NCBI GenBank assembly: GCA_964583685.1
Contig: CAZOVJ010000002.1
Location: forward strand, 277,862-341,861
DNA length: 64,000 bases
Reading direction: 5' to 3'
DNA from: an uncultured Gammaproteobacteria bacterium
GTDB lineage: Bacteria > Patescibacteriota > Microgenomatia > UBA8517
The position numbers were made by a program, and so were the translations under genes. Shown one piece after another: positions 46,514-55,762 of the stretch. Under the pieces are notes generated by a model. The model was not told the origin of the DNA, searched no databases, and was given only the letters and a program-made list of their open reading frames with translations. Numbering within the stretch: the first letter of the stretch is position 1; each line of letters opens with the position of its first letter.

Positions 46514-47481
46514 TACCCGGTTTAATTATCTTATTATTTTTCTTTTCTTTTCTTCTTATCCAGGCAGCCAATATCTTGGTGGTTGCCTTACAGCATATCA
46601 GTAGACACTCTAAGGCTGGTGTTTTTGCTCTTTCGGCCATAATTCTTGCTTTGGGTACTTCTTTTCCCGAGCTTTTTGTTGCCGTTACCTCGGCTCTCGA
46701 GAACGCTCCCCATCTTTCTTTGGGCTTAATTATTGGTTCCAATATTGCCAATATTTCTCTGGTAGCTGGACTGGCAGCCTTTATTGTCGGCCGGGTAAAC
46801 GTTCACGGCCAGTTTTTAAAGCGGGATATCTGGATTGCTCTGATTGCCGGAATTTTACCGGTAATTCTGATTTTTGATGGCAGTTTAAGCAGGGTTGATG
46901 GACTTATCCTCTTGACGGTTTATGCCGCTTATGCAACCAGTTTTTTTAAGGCCAGGTTTATGGAGATAGCTCAAGAACACAAAAAAGAGAGTTTTTGGCT
47001 TAGATTGTTACGCAAATCTAATATTCTGGATAGCAGTCGCCAGAAAGATTTTGGTCGCTTTTTTTTGGGGATTGCCCTCTTGCTTTTATCGGCAGATATC
47101 ATTGTGAGAATAGCCAAAACCCTAGCAATTACTGCCCATATTCCAGTATTTGTGGTGGGGCTTATTCTTCTGGCAATAGGAACATCTCTGCCAGAGCTGG
47201 CTTTTTCACTGCGTTCTTTGGGCGACAAGGAACCGAAAATGTTTTTTGGCAACCTTCTCGGTTCAACGATTGTTAATTCCACTTTAGTCATCGGCATTTC
47301 TGTGGTTCTTAATCCGATTACAGTCACTGCCATTAACGGATATCTGGTTGCGGTGGTCGCCTTTGTTTTAATCTATTTGGTCTTTTGGTACTTTATTCGC
47401 AGTAAATTCAGGTTAGAAAGGTGGGAAGCAGGTCTTCTTTTTCTAATTTATTTAATCTTTGTCCTAGTTGAATTTTGGTAA
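46510..47481 (+). CDS. CaCA-family cation/Ca2+ exchanger (YrbG-like)
   Basis: Two alpha-repeats (GSNIANISLVAGL and GNLLGSTIVNSTLVIG); 323 aa. Confidence 0.75.
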   Translation: MIPGLIILLFFFSFLLIQAANILVVALQHISRHSKAGVFALSAIILALGTSFPELFVAVTSALENAPHLSLGLIIGSNIANISLVAGLAAFIVGRVNVHGQFLKRDIWIALIAGILPVILIFDGSLSRVDGLILLTVYAAYATSFFKARFMEIAQEHKKESFWLRLLRKSNILDSSRQKDFGRFFLGIALLLLSADIIVRIAKTLAITAHIPVFVVGLILLAIGTSLPELAFSLRSLGDKEPKMFFGNLLGSTIVNSTLVIGISVVLNPITVTAINGYLVAVVAFVLIYLVFWYFIRSKFRLERWEAGLLFLIYLIFVLVEFW

Positions 47482-47502
47482 TGTGGTAGAATAACCCCCA
47501 CC

Positions 47503-48810
47503 ATGAAGGCAATTGCCGATTTGCATATTCACTCGCGTTTTTCCCGGGCGGTTTCCCAGCAGATGAACATTGCCACCATTTCTCAATGGGCAAAAAAGAA
47601 AGGTATTGATGTCGTGGCAACAGGAGATTGGACCCACCCTCTTTGGCTAAGAGAGCTTCAAGCAGAGTTGAAAGAGGTAGAAGAAGGGATTTATCAAAGG
47701 CGGTCAATGGGAAATGGACCTTATTTTTTGCTTTCAACCGAAATTAGCTCGATTTATAGCCAAGGCGGAAAAACAAGAAGAATTCATACCCTTATTTTTG
47801 CTCCCAACCTTGAAACTGTTGAAAAAATAAACAAAGAATTATTACTGAGAGGAGCAAATTTAATGAGTGATGGCAGGCCGATTATCGGTCTTTCGGCCAG
47901 GACTCTTGCCGAGATTGTTTTAAATGTAGATAAAAGATGTTTGGTAATCCCGGCCCATATTTGGACGCCCTGGTTCTCTTTATTGGGCTCCCGTTCTGGT
48001 TTTGACTCTCTGGAGGAATGTTTTGCCGATTTAGCTCCCTCTATTTATGCCATTGAAACCGGCCTATCAAGCGATCCGGCCATGAATTGGAGGATAGAGG
48101 AATTAGCCAATCGCCGGATTGTTTCCTTTTCTGATGCTCATTCTCCTGCCAAACTCGGCCGGGAGGCAACGGTTTTTGAAGTACCAAAAATAAATTATGA
48201 GAATATCAGAAAAGCAATTATTGCTAAAGGTCAGGCTAGCCGGATACTCCACACAATTGAATTTTATCCCGAAGAGGGCAAATATCATTACACGGGTCAC
48301 AGGAATTGTCAGGTGATTTATTCTCCCAAGGAGATGAGAAAAAAGGGAAACATTTGCCCAGTATGCGGTAAGCCCTTGACCATTGGCGTAATGTCCCGAG
48401 TGGAGAGCCTAGCTTCAGTCGATATTGAGACTGATTCTGAGACTAATAATTTTGGAGTGCGTTGGGTCAAAGATAAACAGAACAGGCGTCCACCTTACAT
48501 TATGTTGGTTCCACTCCTAGAAATTCTTTCTGAAGCTCTTTCTCTAGGAGTTTCCAGCCAGAAGGTCTCAACTGTCTATGAGCAATTGATAAATTCACTT
48601 GGAGGAGAATTTAATGTTTTAATAAGGACTCCTGAAAAGGAGATTGCCAGGATTGTCGGAGACAGGGTAGCAGAGGGAGTTATAAAGGTGCGTGCTGGAG
48701 ATATAATGATAGAGCCTGGATATGATGGAGTTTTTGGTAAGGTGAAGATTTGGAAGGAGAAAGAGGAAGTGCCAGGAAAAAAGGCTATTGACCAAGCAGC
48801 ACTTTTTTGA
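47503..48810 (+). CDS. PHP-domain protein with C-terminal zinc finger (endonuclease Q-like / TIGR00375-type)
   Basis: N-terminal ADLHIHSRFS PHP motif, downstream His/Asp metal ligands, and a C-terminal Cys cluster NC...ICPVCG; 435 aa. Confidence 0.45.
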   Translation: MKAIADLHIHSRFSRAVSQQMNIATISQWAKKKGIDVVATGDWTHPLWLRELQAELKEVEEGIYQRRSMGNGPYFLLSTEISSIYSQGGKTRRIHTLIFAPNLETVEKINKELLLRGANLMSDGRPIIGLSARTLAEIVLNVDKRCLVIPAHIWTPWFSLLGSRSGFDSLEECFADLAPSIYAIETGLSSDPAMNWRIEELANRRIVSFSDAHSPAKLGREATVFEVPKINYENIRKAIIAKGQASRILHTIEFYPEEGKYHYTGHRNCQVIYSPKEMRKKGNICPVCGKPLTIGVMSRVESLASVDIETDSETNNFGVRWVKDKQNRRPPYIMLVPLLEILSEALSLGVSSQKVSTVYEQLINSLGGEFNVLIRTPEKEIARIVGDRVAEGVIKVRAGDIMIEPGYDGVFGKVKIWKEKEEVPGKKAIDQAALF

Positions 48811-48845
48811 AAAGATAGATTAGCTAAGTAAAGGGGGTGATAAGT

Positions 48846-49175
48846 TTGGCAGGAAAATCACAGACAGGATTGAGCAGAAATACGGCCGCAGCCCTTTCTT
48901 ATGTATTGGGGCCAGTTACTGGAGTTATTTTTCTCATATTAGAAAAAGATTCTTTCGTAAGATTTCATGCTGTCCAGTCGATAGTTGTTTTTCTTGGACT
49001 TTTCATTCTTGATTGGCTTTTAGTCACAACGATTATCCTGGCAGTCTTGGTACCCTTGGTTGCCATTGTTGCTTTTGTGCTTTGGTTGCTTCTTATTTAC
49101 AAAGCCTGGCAAGGTGAAAAGTGGGAAGTTCCCTTGGCTGGTAAAATTGCCAATCAGTTGGTTGAGAAACTTTGA
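48846..49175 (+). CDS. small integral membrane protein (DUF4870-like)
   Basis: Two or three TM helices. Start reassigned to TTG 48846, 5 nt after the SD AAGGGGGTGA (48831-48840); the listed GTG start lies inside the SD. Confidence 0.4.
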   Translation: MAGKSQTGLSRNTAAALSYVLGPVTGVIFLILEKDSFVRFHAVQSIVVFLGLFILDWLLVTTIILAVLVPLVAIVAFVLWLLLIYKAWQGEKWEVPLAGKIANQLVEKL

Positions 49176-49195
49176 ATTGAATCCTGATAATTTCT

Positions 49196-49819
49196 ATGGA
49201 CTCCCGGGAAAGAATGGTTTGGGAGATTAAAGAGAGATATGGTTTAGATGCTCCTAAGGTATTTTTGGCTATGCTTCAGATTCCCCGGGAGGAGTTTGTA
49301 GCAAAAAGATACAGAAAGATTGTCTATGAAGATAGACCTATTTCAATAGGCTGTGGTCAGACAATTTCTCAACCCTATACCATTGCTTTTATGACCAAGC
49401 TTTTGGGACTTAAGGGCGACGAGAAGGTTTTAGAGATTGGTACAGGCTCAGGTTATCAGGCAGCCATTCTTTCTTTATTGGCAAAGGAAGTTTATACAAT
49501 TGAGATAGTTGAGAAGCTTGCTAATAAGGCTAAGACCAGATTGAAGAAATTAAGTTTTAGGAATCTTCAAGTAAAGGCGGGAAGGGGAGAAAGGGGATGG
49601 AAAGAAAAAGCTCCCTTTGATGCGATTCTTGTAACAGCAGGGATTGAAGGACAAGTTCCAAGAGTTCTTTTTAGCCAATTGAAACCCGGAGGTGTCTTGG
49701 TTGCTCCTGTTGGCAAAGGTTACGATAAGGTTATGACCAAATTTATCAAGGAAAAGGGCGGCAGGATTAGAAAAGAAAAACATGGTATTTTCCATTTTGT
49801 GCCCTTTGTAGAAAAGTAA
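49196..49819 (+). CDS. pcm: protein-L-isoaspartate O-methyltransferase
   Basis: SQPYTIAFM and VLEIGTGSGYQAA SAM-binding motifs. Confidence 0.85.
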   Translation: MDSRERMVWEIKERYGLDAPKVFLAMLQIPREEFVAKRYRKIVYEDRPISIGCGQTISQPYTIAFMTKLLGLKGDEKVLEIGTGSGYQAAILSLLAKEVYTIEIVEKLANKAKTRLKKLSFRNLQVKAGRGERGWKEKAPFDAILVTAGIEGQVPRVLFSQLKPGGVLVAPVGKGYDKVMTKFIKEKGGRIRKEKHGIFHFVPFVEK

Positions 49820-49835
49820 GTGTAAAATTACTTCA

Positions 49836-50357
49836 ATGAGATTAATAGTCGGATTGGGTAATCCAGGGGAAAGATACTTTCGTAATCGACATAATGTTGG
49901 GTTTATGGTTCTTGATAGATGGGCCTCCAACTTGAAAGGGAAATTCAAAATTAATAAAAAATTAGACAGTTCACTGTTCACCGTTGACCGCTCACTAATA
50001 TTGGCCAGGCCAACAATTTTGATGAACTTATCGGGTATTGCCCTGAAGAAATTGATTACTCATTTCAAAATAAAATCCTCGGATCTTTGGGTAATACATG
50101 ATGATTTGGATATCGGGCTAGGAAAGTATAAAATTCAAAAAGGCAAAGGCCCGAAACTTCACAAAGGCCTTCTCTCAATAGAAAAAGAGTTGGCAACAAG
50201 TGAATTTTGGCGGGTGAGAGTGGGGATTGAAAATCGGGCCAAAGACAATCGGATTTCAGGTGAAGTTTATACTCTGCAAAACTTTGAAGAAAAAGAGCTG
50301 AAAATCCTGAGGCCGGTTATTGCTAAAATAATAAAAGATTTACTTGAACGATGTTAA
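49836..50357 (+). CDS. pth: peptidyl-tRNA hydrolase
   Basis: MRLIVGLGNPG...RHNVGF N-terminal motif with the catalytic His. Confidence 0.85.
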   Translation: MRLIVGLGNPGERYFRNRHNVGFMVLDRWASNLKGKFKINKKLDSSLFTVDRSLILARPTILMNLSGIALKKLITHFKIKSSDLWVIHDDLDIGLGKYKIQKGKGPKLHKGLLSIEKELATSEFWRVRVGIENRAKDNRISGEVYTLQNFEEKELKILRPVIAKIIKDLLERC

Positions 50358-51517
50358 TACAAAGGTTGAGTAAGAAATTATTAACTCTTTTCCTGAGTAA
50401 CCTCAGCCGGACGGTGGCTGTCAGCCTTCTTTCCCTTTTTTCTCCAATTTATATTTTCCAGACGCTTAGGGCCTTTAGTTTTAGCCAGAGTAGGGCAATA
50501 ATTTATATCATCCTTTATTTTTCACTTCTTTTTTCGGTTAAGTTAGCTAGTTTACTGATATCAGAAAATCTAAGTCAGAAAATTGGCTTTAAGGGAGTAA
50601 TTTGGCTCTCTGTAATTCCCTTTATGTTTTTTATCCTGTCTTTGCTTTATGCTTCTTCTTGGCCGTTCCTTTTTGTCCTTTCAGCCATTCTTTGGGGGGC
50701 TCATGCCGGCTTTTTTTGGTGGGGTTATCATGGCTATTTTATCAAGGAAGGCGACAAAAGACATTTTGGCCGGAGTATTGGCGAGGCTGGTCTTTTTCAG
50801 ACAACCGCTTCTGTTTTCACCCCCTTTTTGGGTGCCTTGATAGCCAGCCTTTTTGGTTTTTCAATTCTTTTTCTTCTTGCCGGAGCTTTCATGCTCTTTA
50901 CCCTTCTGATACTTGGTAAAGACCATGACCGAAGGCAACGTCGGGACATTAAATTTCAAGAAGTCCTTAATTTGATTAAAACTCATCCCCCTATTTCCTT
51001 TGCTTATGTTGGTTCTTCAGCCGAAGCCGTCTTGCATTCAGTTGCCTGGCCTTTATTTCTGTTTTTATTTTTTGGCCAAGTGATGAGCATGGGAATTACC
51101 GTTTCCAGTGCTTCTTTGATTGCCGCCCTTTTTGCTCTGGTTGTTGGTAGCTGGGTTGATAAGCAGGGCGAAAGACAGGTTATTAGATTAGGCGTTCCTC
51201 TAGTTTTTGCTTCCTGGATCCTGAGATTATTGAAAAGATCCTTGGGCTTTTTCATCGCGGCCGACAGCTTGTGGAACTTTGGTCAAAAAATGATCGGCTT
51301 GCCCCTTAATACCCTGACCTACAAAAAAGCTATTGAGGGGAAGAGTACTGGCAGAGCCATTCTTTTCAGAGAAACAACTTCGACAATAGGTAGTATTTTC
51401 TCTCTTTTACTTTTACTGCTCTGGGTTTCTCTGGGGGGTAGTTTGTCTGGAGCCTTTGTTTTGGCTGCCTTATTCAGCTTGTTCCCTCTGATTGCGGTTA
51501 TCGGAAAGGATTTCTAG
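50351..51517 (+). CDS. polytopic membrane protein, MFS-transporter-like
   Basis: ~12 predicted TM helices in 388 aa; no sharp signature. Confidence 0.4.
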   Translation: MLIQRLSKKLLTLFLSNLSRTVAVSLLSLFSPIYIFQTLRAFSFSQSRAIIYIILYFSLLFSVKLASLLISENLSQKIGFKGVIWLSVIPFMFFILSLLYASSWPFLFVLSAILWGAHAGFFWWGYHGYFIKEGDKRHFGRSIGEAGLFQTTASVFTPFLGALIASLFGFSILFLLAGAFMLFTLLILGKDHDRRQRRDIKFQEVLNLIKTHPPISFAYVGSSAEAVLHSVAWPLFLFLFFGQVMSMGITVSSASLIAALFALVVGSWVDKQGERQVIRLGVPLVFASWILRLLKRSLGFFIAADSLWNFGQKMIGLPLNTLTYKKAIEGKSTGRAILFRETTSTIGSIFSLLLLLLWVSLGGSLSGAFVLAALFSLFPLIAVIGKDF

Positions 51518-51522
51518 GAAAG

Positions 51523-51843
51523 ATGGGTGATAGAAAAAGGCGGAGGTCCAATCAGGCACAGGGTTTTTCTTCCCTTGGTGATGTCCTTAAAAAGTTCAAT
51601 ACTCAAGAGGACAAGTATATTGCCTATGAATTTCAAAAGTTTGGTTATGAACTGGCCAAAGAGCTTGGAGATTTAAAGAGTAAATCTTTATATATCAAGC
51701 TGGCTAAAGAAAACCCCAGAAAATTATTGGAAACAGCCAGAAATTTTGTTAAGGATGCAATTAATGTCAAATCAAGACCACGACTGTTTATGTGGAAACT
51801 GACCGAGTTAAAGAAAAGTCAAAAGAAAGCCAAAAACTCTTGA
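51523..51843 (+). CDS. hypothetical basic protein
   Basis: 106 aa, Lys/Arg-rich, no motif. Confidence 0.3.
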   Translation: MGDRKRRRSNQAQGFSSLGDVLKKFNTQEDKYIAYEFQKFGYELAKELGDLKSKSLYIKLAKENPRKLLETARNFVKDAINVKSRPRLFMWKLTELKKSQKKAKNS

Positions 51844-52125
51844 ATGGCAAGTAAAATGAAAAGGGCTCATGTTATCGTCAAGGGAAGGGTACAGGGAGTT
51901 TCCTATAGGTTGTGGACATTTCGCCAAGCCCAAAGTTTAGGCTTGACTGGTTGGGTAAGGAATATTGGGAAGGCTGATGTTGAGGCGGTTTTTGAAGGCC
52001 CAGTGGATAAAATAAAACAGATGATAAAAAGTTGCCATCAAGATCCTCCCCATGCCAAAGTAGAAAAAATAGATGTTCTTTGGGAAAAGGCAACCGGGGA
52101 GTTTAGGGCCTTTAAAATTATCTAA
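51844..52125 (+). CDS. acyP: acylphosphatase
   Basis: VKGRVQGVSYR and GWVRN motifs; 93 aa. Confidence 0.75.
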   Translation: MASKMKRAHVIVKGRVQGVSYRLWTFRQAQSLGLTGWVRNIGKADVEAVFEGPVDKIKQMIKSCHQDPPHAKVEKIDVLWEKATGEFRAFKII

Positions 52126-52134
52126 CAAGTTAAT

Positions 52135-52872
52135 ATGGGTGAGGTATTAATAGGCACATCGGGTTGGCAATATCGGCACTGGCGGGGAGTATTCTATCCA
52201 GAAGATTTAGGTCAAAAAGATTGGTTGAAATATTATGCAAAACATTTCGACACAGTAGAGGTAAACTATTCCTTTTATCGCCAGCCCAAGCCCGAAACCT
52301 TTAAGAAATGGAAATCCTTGATACCTGAGAACTTTGTTTTTTCCATCAAAGGAAATAGATTTATAACCCACATCAAGAGACTTAAAGATTGTCAAGAACC
52401 GGTAAAGAGGTTTTTCGAATCTGCCAAGGGTTTGCTGACCGACGGTAGGGGTTGTAAAGACGTAATTCTTTGGCAACTGACTCCAAGCATGAAGGAGAAC
52501 TTGGATAGACTGAAGGGGTTTATGGACCTTTTGCCTTCGGATTTTCGTCAGGCTTTTGAGTTTCGGCATAAAAGTTGGATGAGCAAGAAAGTTTTTAGCT
52601 TTATTCAAAATTATTCGAGAATCGAAGCGGCCATGGTTTTACAAGATTGGCAGGAATGGCCAATACTTAAAGAGCCCGTTGGCGATTTTGTTTACATTCG
52701 TCTGCACGGCAAAGACCAGCTTTATGCATCCGGGTATAGAGATAAAGAACTTGAGAAATGGGCTGAAAGAATGCGAAAATGGGAGAGTAAATTGGACATT
52801 TACATTTATTTCAACAATGATGCCCTGGGCCATGCAGTTAATAATGCCCTGAAACTCAAGGCTCTTTTATGA
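52135..52872 (+). CDS. DUF72 (YecE-like) family protein
   Basis: IGTSGWQYRHW N-terminal signature of DUF72. Confidence 0.7.
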   Translation: MGEVLIGTSGWQYRHWRGVFYPEDLGQKDWLKYYAKHFDTVEVNYSFYRQPKPETFKKWKSLIPENFVFSIKGNRFITHIKRLKDCQEPVKRFFESAKGLLTDGRGCKDVILWQLTPSMKENLDRLKGFMDLLPSDFRQAFEFRHKSWMSKKVFSFIQNYSRIEAAMVLQDWQEWPILKEPVGDFVYIRLHGKDQLYASGYRDKELEKWAERMRKWESKLDIYIYFNNDALGHAVNNALKLKALL

Positions 52873-53402
52873 AAAAAGAAATTATTATTCACTTTTCTTT
52901 TCTGATTTTATTATTCTTTTTAATCTCCCTATTCCGAGGTTGGTTAAATTTGTCTTACTGGGTTTTTTGGTTTGGGGGAATTTTAGGAACTTTGTTGCCT
53001 GACTTAGAGCATCTGGTCTATGTTTATTTTTCCCGGCCTTATGAACTTACTTCCCAGAGAGTAAAGCAGATGTTGCAAGGGAGAAGAATAGTCCAGGCCC
53101 TAGAGCTTTTAAAAGATACCCGCTACGAGCGGACCCATTTGATATTTCACACTATTTGGTTCCAGGTTGTTTTCTTTTTTTTGGCTTTCTGGATTCTTAC
53201 TTCCTCGGGGAGCATTTTGGGTAGAGGGCTTGTCCTGGCTTTTTTACTTCATTTGTTAATTGACCAAGTGCTTGACTTATGGAAATTGGGGAATCTTGAT
53301 AAATGGCTTAGCCAAATGCCTTTAGCTCTTGATAAGAATCAGTCAAGAGCCTATTGGTTTTTTATATTTTTATTATTCTTGCTTTTGTGTTTTGTCTTTT
53401 GA
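52869..53402 (+). CDS. hypothetical polytopic membrane protein
   Basis: 177 aa, 4-5 hydrophobic helices. Confidence 0.35.
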   Translation: MKKEIIIHFSFLILLFFLISLFRGWLNLSYWVFWFGGILGTLLPDLEHLVYVYFSRPYELTSQRVKQMLQGRRIVQALELLKDTRYERTHLIFHTIWFQVVFFFLAFWILTSSGSILGRGLVLAFLLHLLIDQVLDLWKLGNLDKWLSQMPLALDKNQSRAYWFFIFLLFLLLCFVF

Positions 53403-53468
53403 TTATCAAAAAGGGTTTGTTTGCTTATTGACTTCAAATGTTTAGGGTCAGTATAGTGAAAAGCGTCA

Positions 53469-53789
53469 ATGGCAACGACCACAACAACAGATTCTGATTT
53501 TGAAAACAATGTGCTTAAATCAAAAATTCCCGTCTTGGTTGATTTTTGGGCACCATGGTGTGGCCCATGTATAACGGCCGAACCGGTCCTCGGAGAACTG
53601 AGCGAGACTTACCAGGGGAAAATTGAGGTGATGAAATTGAATGTTGATGAAAATCCCCAGACCGCGGTAAGATATAGAGTGATGTCAATTCCAACAACCA
53701 TTCTCTTTAAGGGAGGTCAAGAAATAGATAGACAAATTGGATTTGCCGGTAAAGTAGCATTTGAAATATTAATTAAGAAAGGATTATAA
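53469..53789 (+). CDS. trxA: thioredoxin
   Basis: WAPWCGPC active site. Confidence 0.85.
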   Translation: MATTTTTDSDFENNVLKSKIPVLVDFWAPWCGPCITAEPVLGELSETYQGKIEVMKLNVDENPQTAVRYRVMSIPTTILFKGGQEIDRQIGFAGKVAFEILIKKGL

Positions 53790-53806
53790 GAAGGGGGTGA
53801 TAGATT

Positions 53807-54085
53807 TTGAACCCAATTGATCAACCAGACCAGCCGACTCCTATAGGGGGTCCTGTTCAACCTGTAGGCGACACTCCGCCTGCTCAACCAAGTGAGGATA
53901 AGACACCACCTCCGCCTCCAGGTGGAATACCAGATACGCCAACACCAGAGCCAACACCAGGCCCGGTGACACCAGAACCGACACCAGAAACCCCACCTCC
54001 TGCCACTACTCCGGAACAACCGGCCGGTGGGCCAGTTGTTCCAAGTGAAGAAGAAAAGTCAGGAGAAATGCCTGGTAACGTCTAA
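53807..54085 (+). CDS. Pro/Thr/Glu-rich low-complexity small protein (TTG start)
   Basis: TPEPTPGPVTPEPTPETPPP repeats. SD AAGGGGGTGA (53791-53800) lies 6 nt before the TTG. It ends exactly at the trxB start. Confidence 0.3.
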   Translation: MNPIDQPDQPTPIGGPVQPVGDTPPAQPSEDKTPPPPPGGIPDTPTPEPTPGPVTPEPTPETPPPATTPEQPAGGPVVPSEEEKSGEMPGNV

Positions 54086-55035
54086 TGGCGAAACCCTGGG
54101 ATGTCATTATCATTGGTTCAGGCCCTGCCTCACTAACTGCGGCAATTTATACAAGCCGCAATGATGCTTCTACCTTAGTTCTTGGAGGAGAGAACTGGGG
54201 AGGCCAATTGATGTTGACCACGGCCGTTGATAATTTTCCTGGCTTTCCCAAAGGCGTTCAAGGCCCAGAGCTCATGAAGAAAATGAGAAAGCAGGTTGAA
54301 CGCTTCGGTGCTGAATTTATTGAAAAAGATGTTCAAGGTGTGAACTTTAATAAAACCCCCTTTGAGCTTTTTGTTGGAGGTTTAAAATATTCGGCCAAAA
54401 GTGTTATTATTGCCAGCGGTGCATCCTTCAAAAGACTGGCAGTTCCGGGAGAATCTGAGTTAATAGGTAGAGGAGTATCTTTTTGCGCCCTTTGTGACGC
54501 CCCTCTTTTTAAAGGGAAAAAAGTTGTTGTGGTCGGGGGAGGAGACAGCGCAGCCGAAGAGGCGTTGATTCTGAGCAAATATGCAAAAGAAGTACACATT
54601 ATTCATCGCCGAGATAAGTTAAGGGCTCAAGCGGCCATCCAGAAGAAAATATTTGCCAACAAAAAGCTCAAATTACTTTGGAATACTGAGGTTGAGCGGA
54701 TTGTCGGCGAAGAAAAGGTCGAAAAAATTATTCTCAGAAATAATCAAACAGGAAAGTCACAAGAGTTCATTGTAGATGGAGTTTTTATTGCCATTGGTCA
54801 TCAGCCAAAAAGTGACATTTTTAAGAATGCTCTTGAAACAGACGAGAAAGGATATATAAAGAGAATGACAATTGACAAACCGCAAATGCCAAATAGTTAT
54901 CAGATGGCAACCAGTATTCCCGGGGTTTTTGTGGCCGGAGATGTTCATGATTTTCACTATCGCCAAGCAATAACTGCAGCTGGTTTTGGTTGCATGGCGG
55001 CGATGGAAGTTATAAAGTGGCTGGATGAAAGATAA
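54085..55035 (+). CDS. trxB: thioredoxin-disulfide reductase
   Basis: IIGSGPASLTAAIY FAD motif, redox-active CALCDA, and VVGGGDSAAEEA NADPH motif. Confidence 0.85.
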   Translation: MAKPWDVIIIGSGPASLTAAIYTSRNDASTLVLGGENWGGQLMLTTAVDNFPGFPKGVQGPELMKKMRKQVERFGAEFIEKDVQGVNFNKTPFELFVGGLKYSAKSVIIASGASFKRLAVPGESELIGRGVSFCALCDAPLFKGKKVVVVGGGDSAAEEALILSKYAKEVHIIHRRDKLRAQAAIQKKIFANKKLKLLWNTEVERIVGEEKVEKIILRNNQTGKSQEFIVDGVFIAIGHQPKSDIFKNALETDEKGYIKRMTIDKPQMPNSYQMATSIPGVFVAGDVHDFHYRQAITAAGFGCMAAMEVIKWLDER

Positions 55036-55762
55036 TATTCTAGGAAGGCTTGTTCCTTTTCTTTTAGTGGCAACTGTCTGCTTGGCCTTTGCCGTTGGAA
55101 TTCTTTGGGAGAAGGTAAGGAAGCTTGAAAGTCCAACTGCTTCTCCTGTTCCCAAACCTCAAGTAGAGCAGGTTCTTGGTCAGGGCAAACTTGCTGATGA
55201 ATTGGCTGAGAAGATTACTCAGGTTAATGATCAGGACCATATTCAAGGTTCTCGAGACGCCAAAGTCTTTTTGATTGAATATTCAGACCCAGAGTGCCCC
55301 TATTGTAAAAAATTTCACCTAACAGCTCAGCAGCTTGTTGATGAATATAAAGGACAAGTGGCCTGGGTTTATCGGCATTTTCCCCTAGATATGCTTCATA
55401 CAAAAGCCAGGGCTGAAGCTGAGGCAATGGAGTGTGCAGGAGAACTGGGGGGCGAGGAGGCATTTTGGACCTTTAATGACAAACTTTACGAGATTACTCC
55501 TAGTAATAATGGCCTTGACTTGGATAAGCTTCCTCAGCTGGCCAGTCAGATAGGCCTTGATGTCGGTAAGTTTAAAGAATGTTTGGCGGCTAAAAGATAT
55601 AAGGATAAAGTTGAAGATAATTATCAGGGAGGGAGTGCGGCTGGAGTAACGGGTACCCCCGGTAACTTTGTTATTAATAGTCAGGGTGATGCCTGGTTTG
55701 TTCCCGGGGCCGTCTCTCTTGAGCTTCTTAAAAAGACAATAGACCAGGCACTTCAGGATTAA
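55025..55762 (+). CDS. DsbA-like thiol:disulfide oxidoreductase, membrane-anchored
   Basis: N-terminal TM and a CPYC active site (DPECPYCKKFH); 245 aa. Confidence 0.65.
   Translation: MKDNILGRLVPFLLVATVCLAFAVGILWEKVRKLESPTASPVPKPQVEQVLGQGKLADELAEKITQVNDQDHIQGSRDAKVFLIEYSDPECPYCKKFHLTAQQLVDEYKGQVAWVYRHFPLDMLHTKARAEAEAMECAGELGGEEAFWTFNDKLYEITPSNNGLDLDKLPQLASQIGLDVGKFKECLAAKRYKDKVEDNYQGGSAAGVTGTPGNFVINSQGDAWFVPGAVSLELLKKTIDQALQD

Noticed and set aside
53717-54019. 100-aa Trp/Arg/Cys-rich minus-strand ORF.
   Set aside because: It is antisense to the Pro/Thr-rich repeat region (CCN/ACN codons read as NGG/NGT on the other strand), a compositional artefact.
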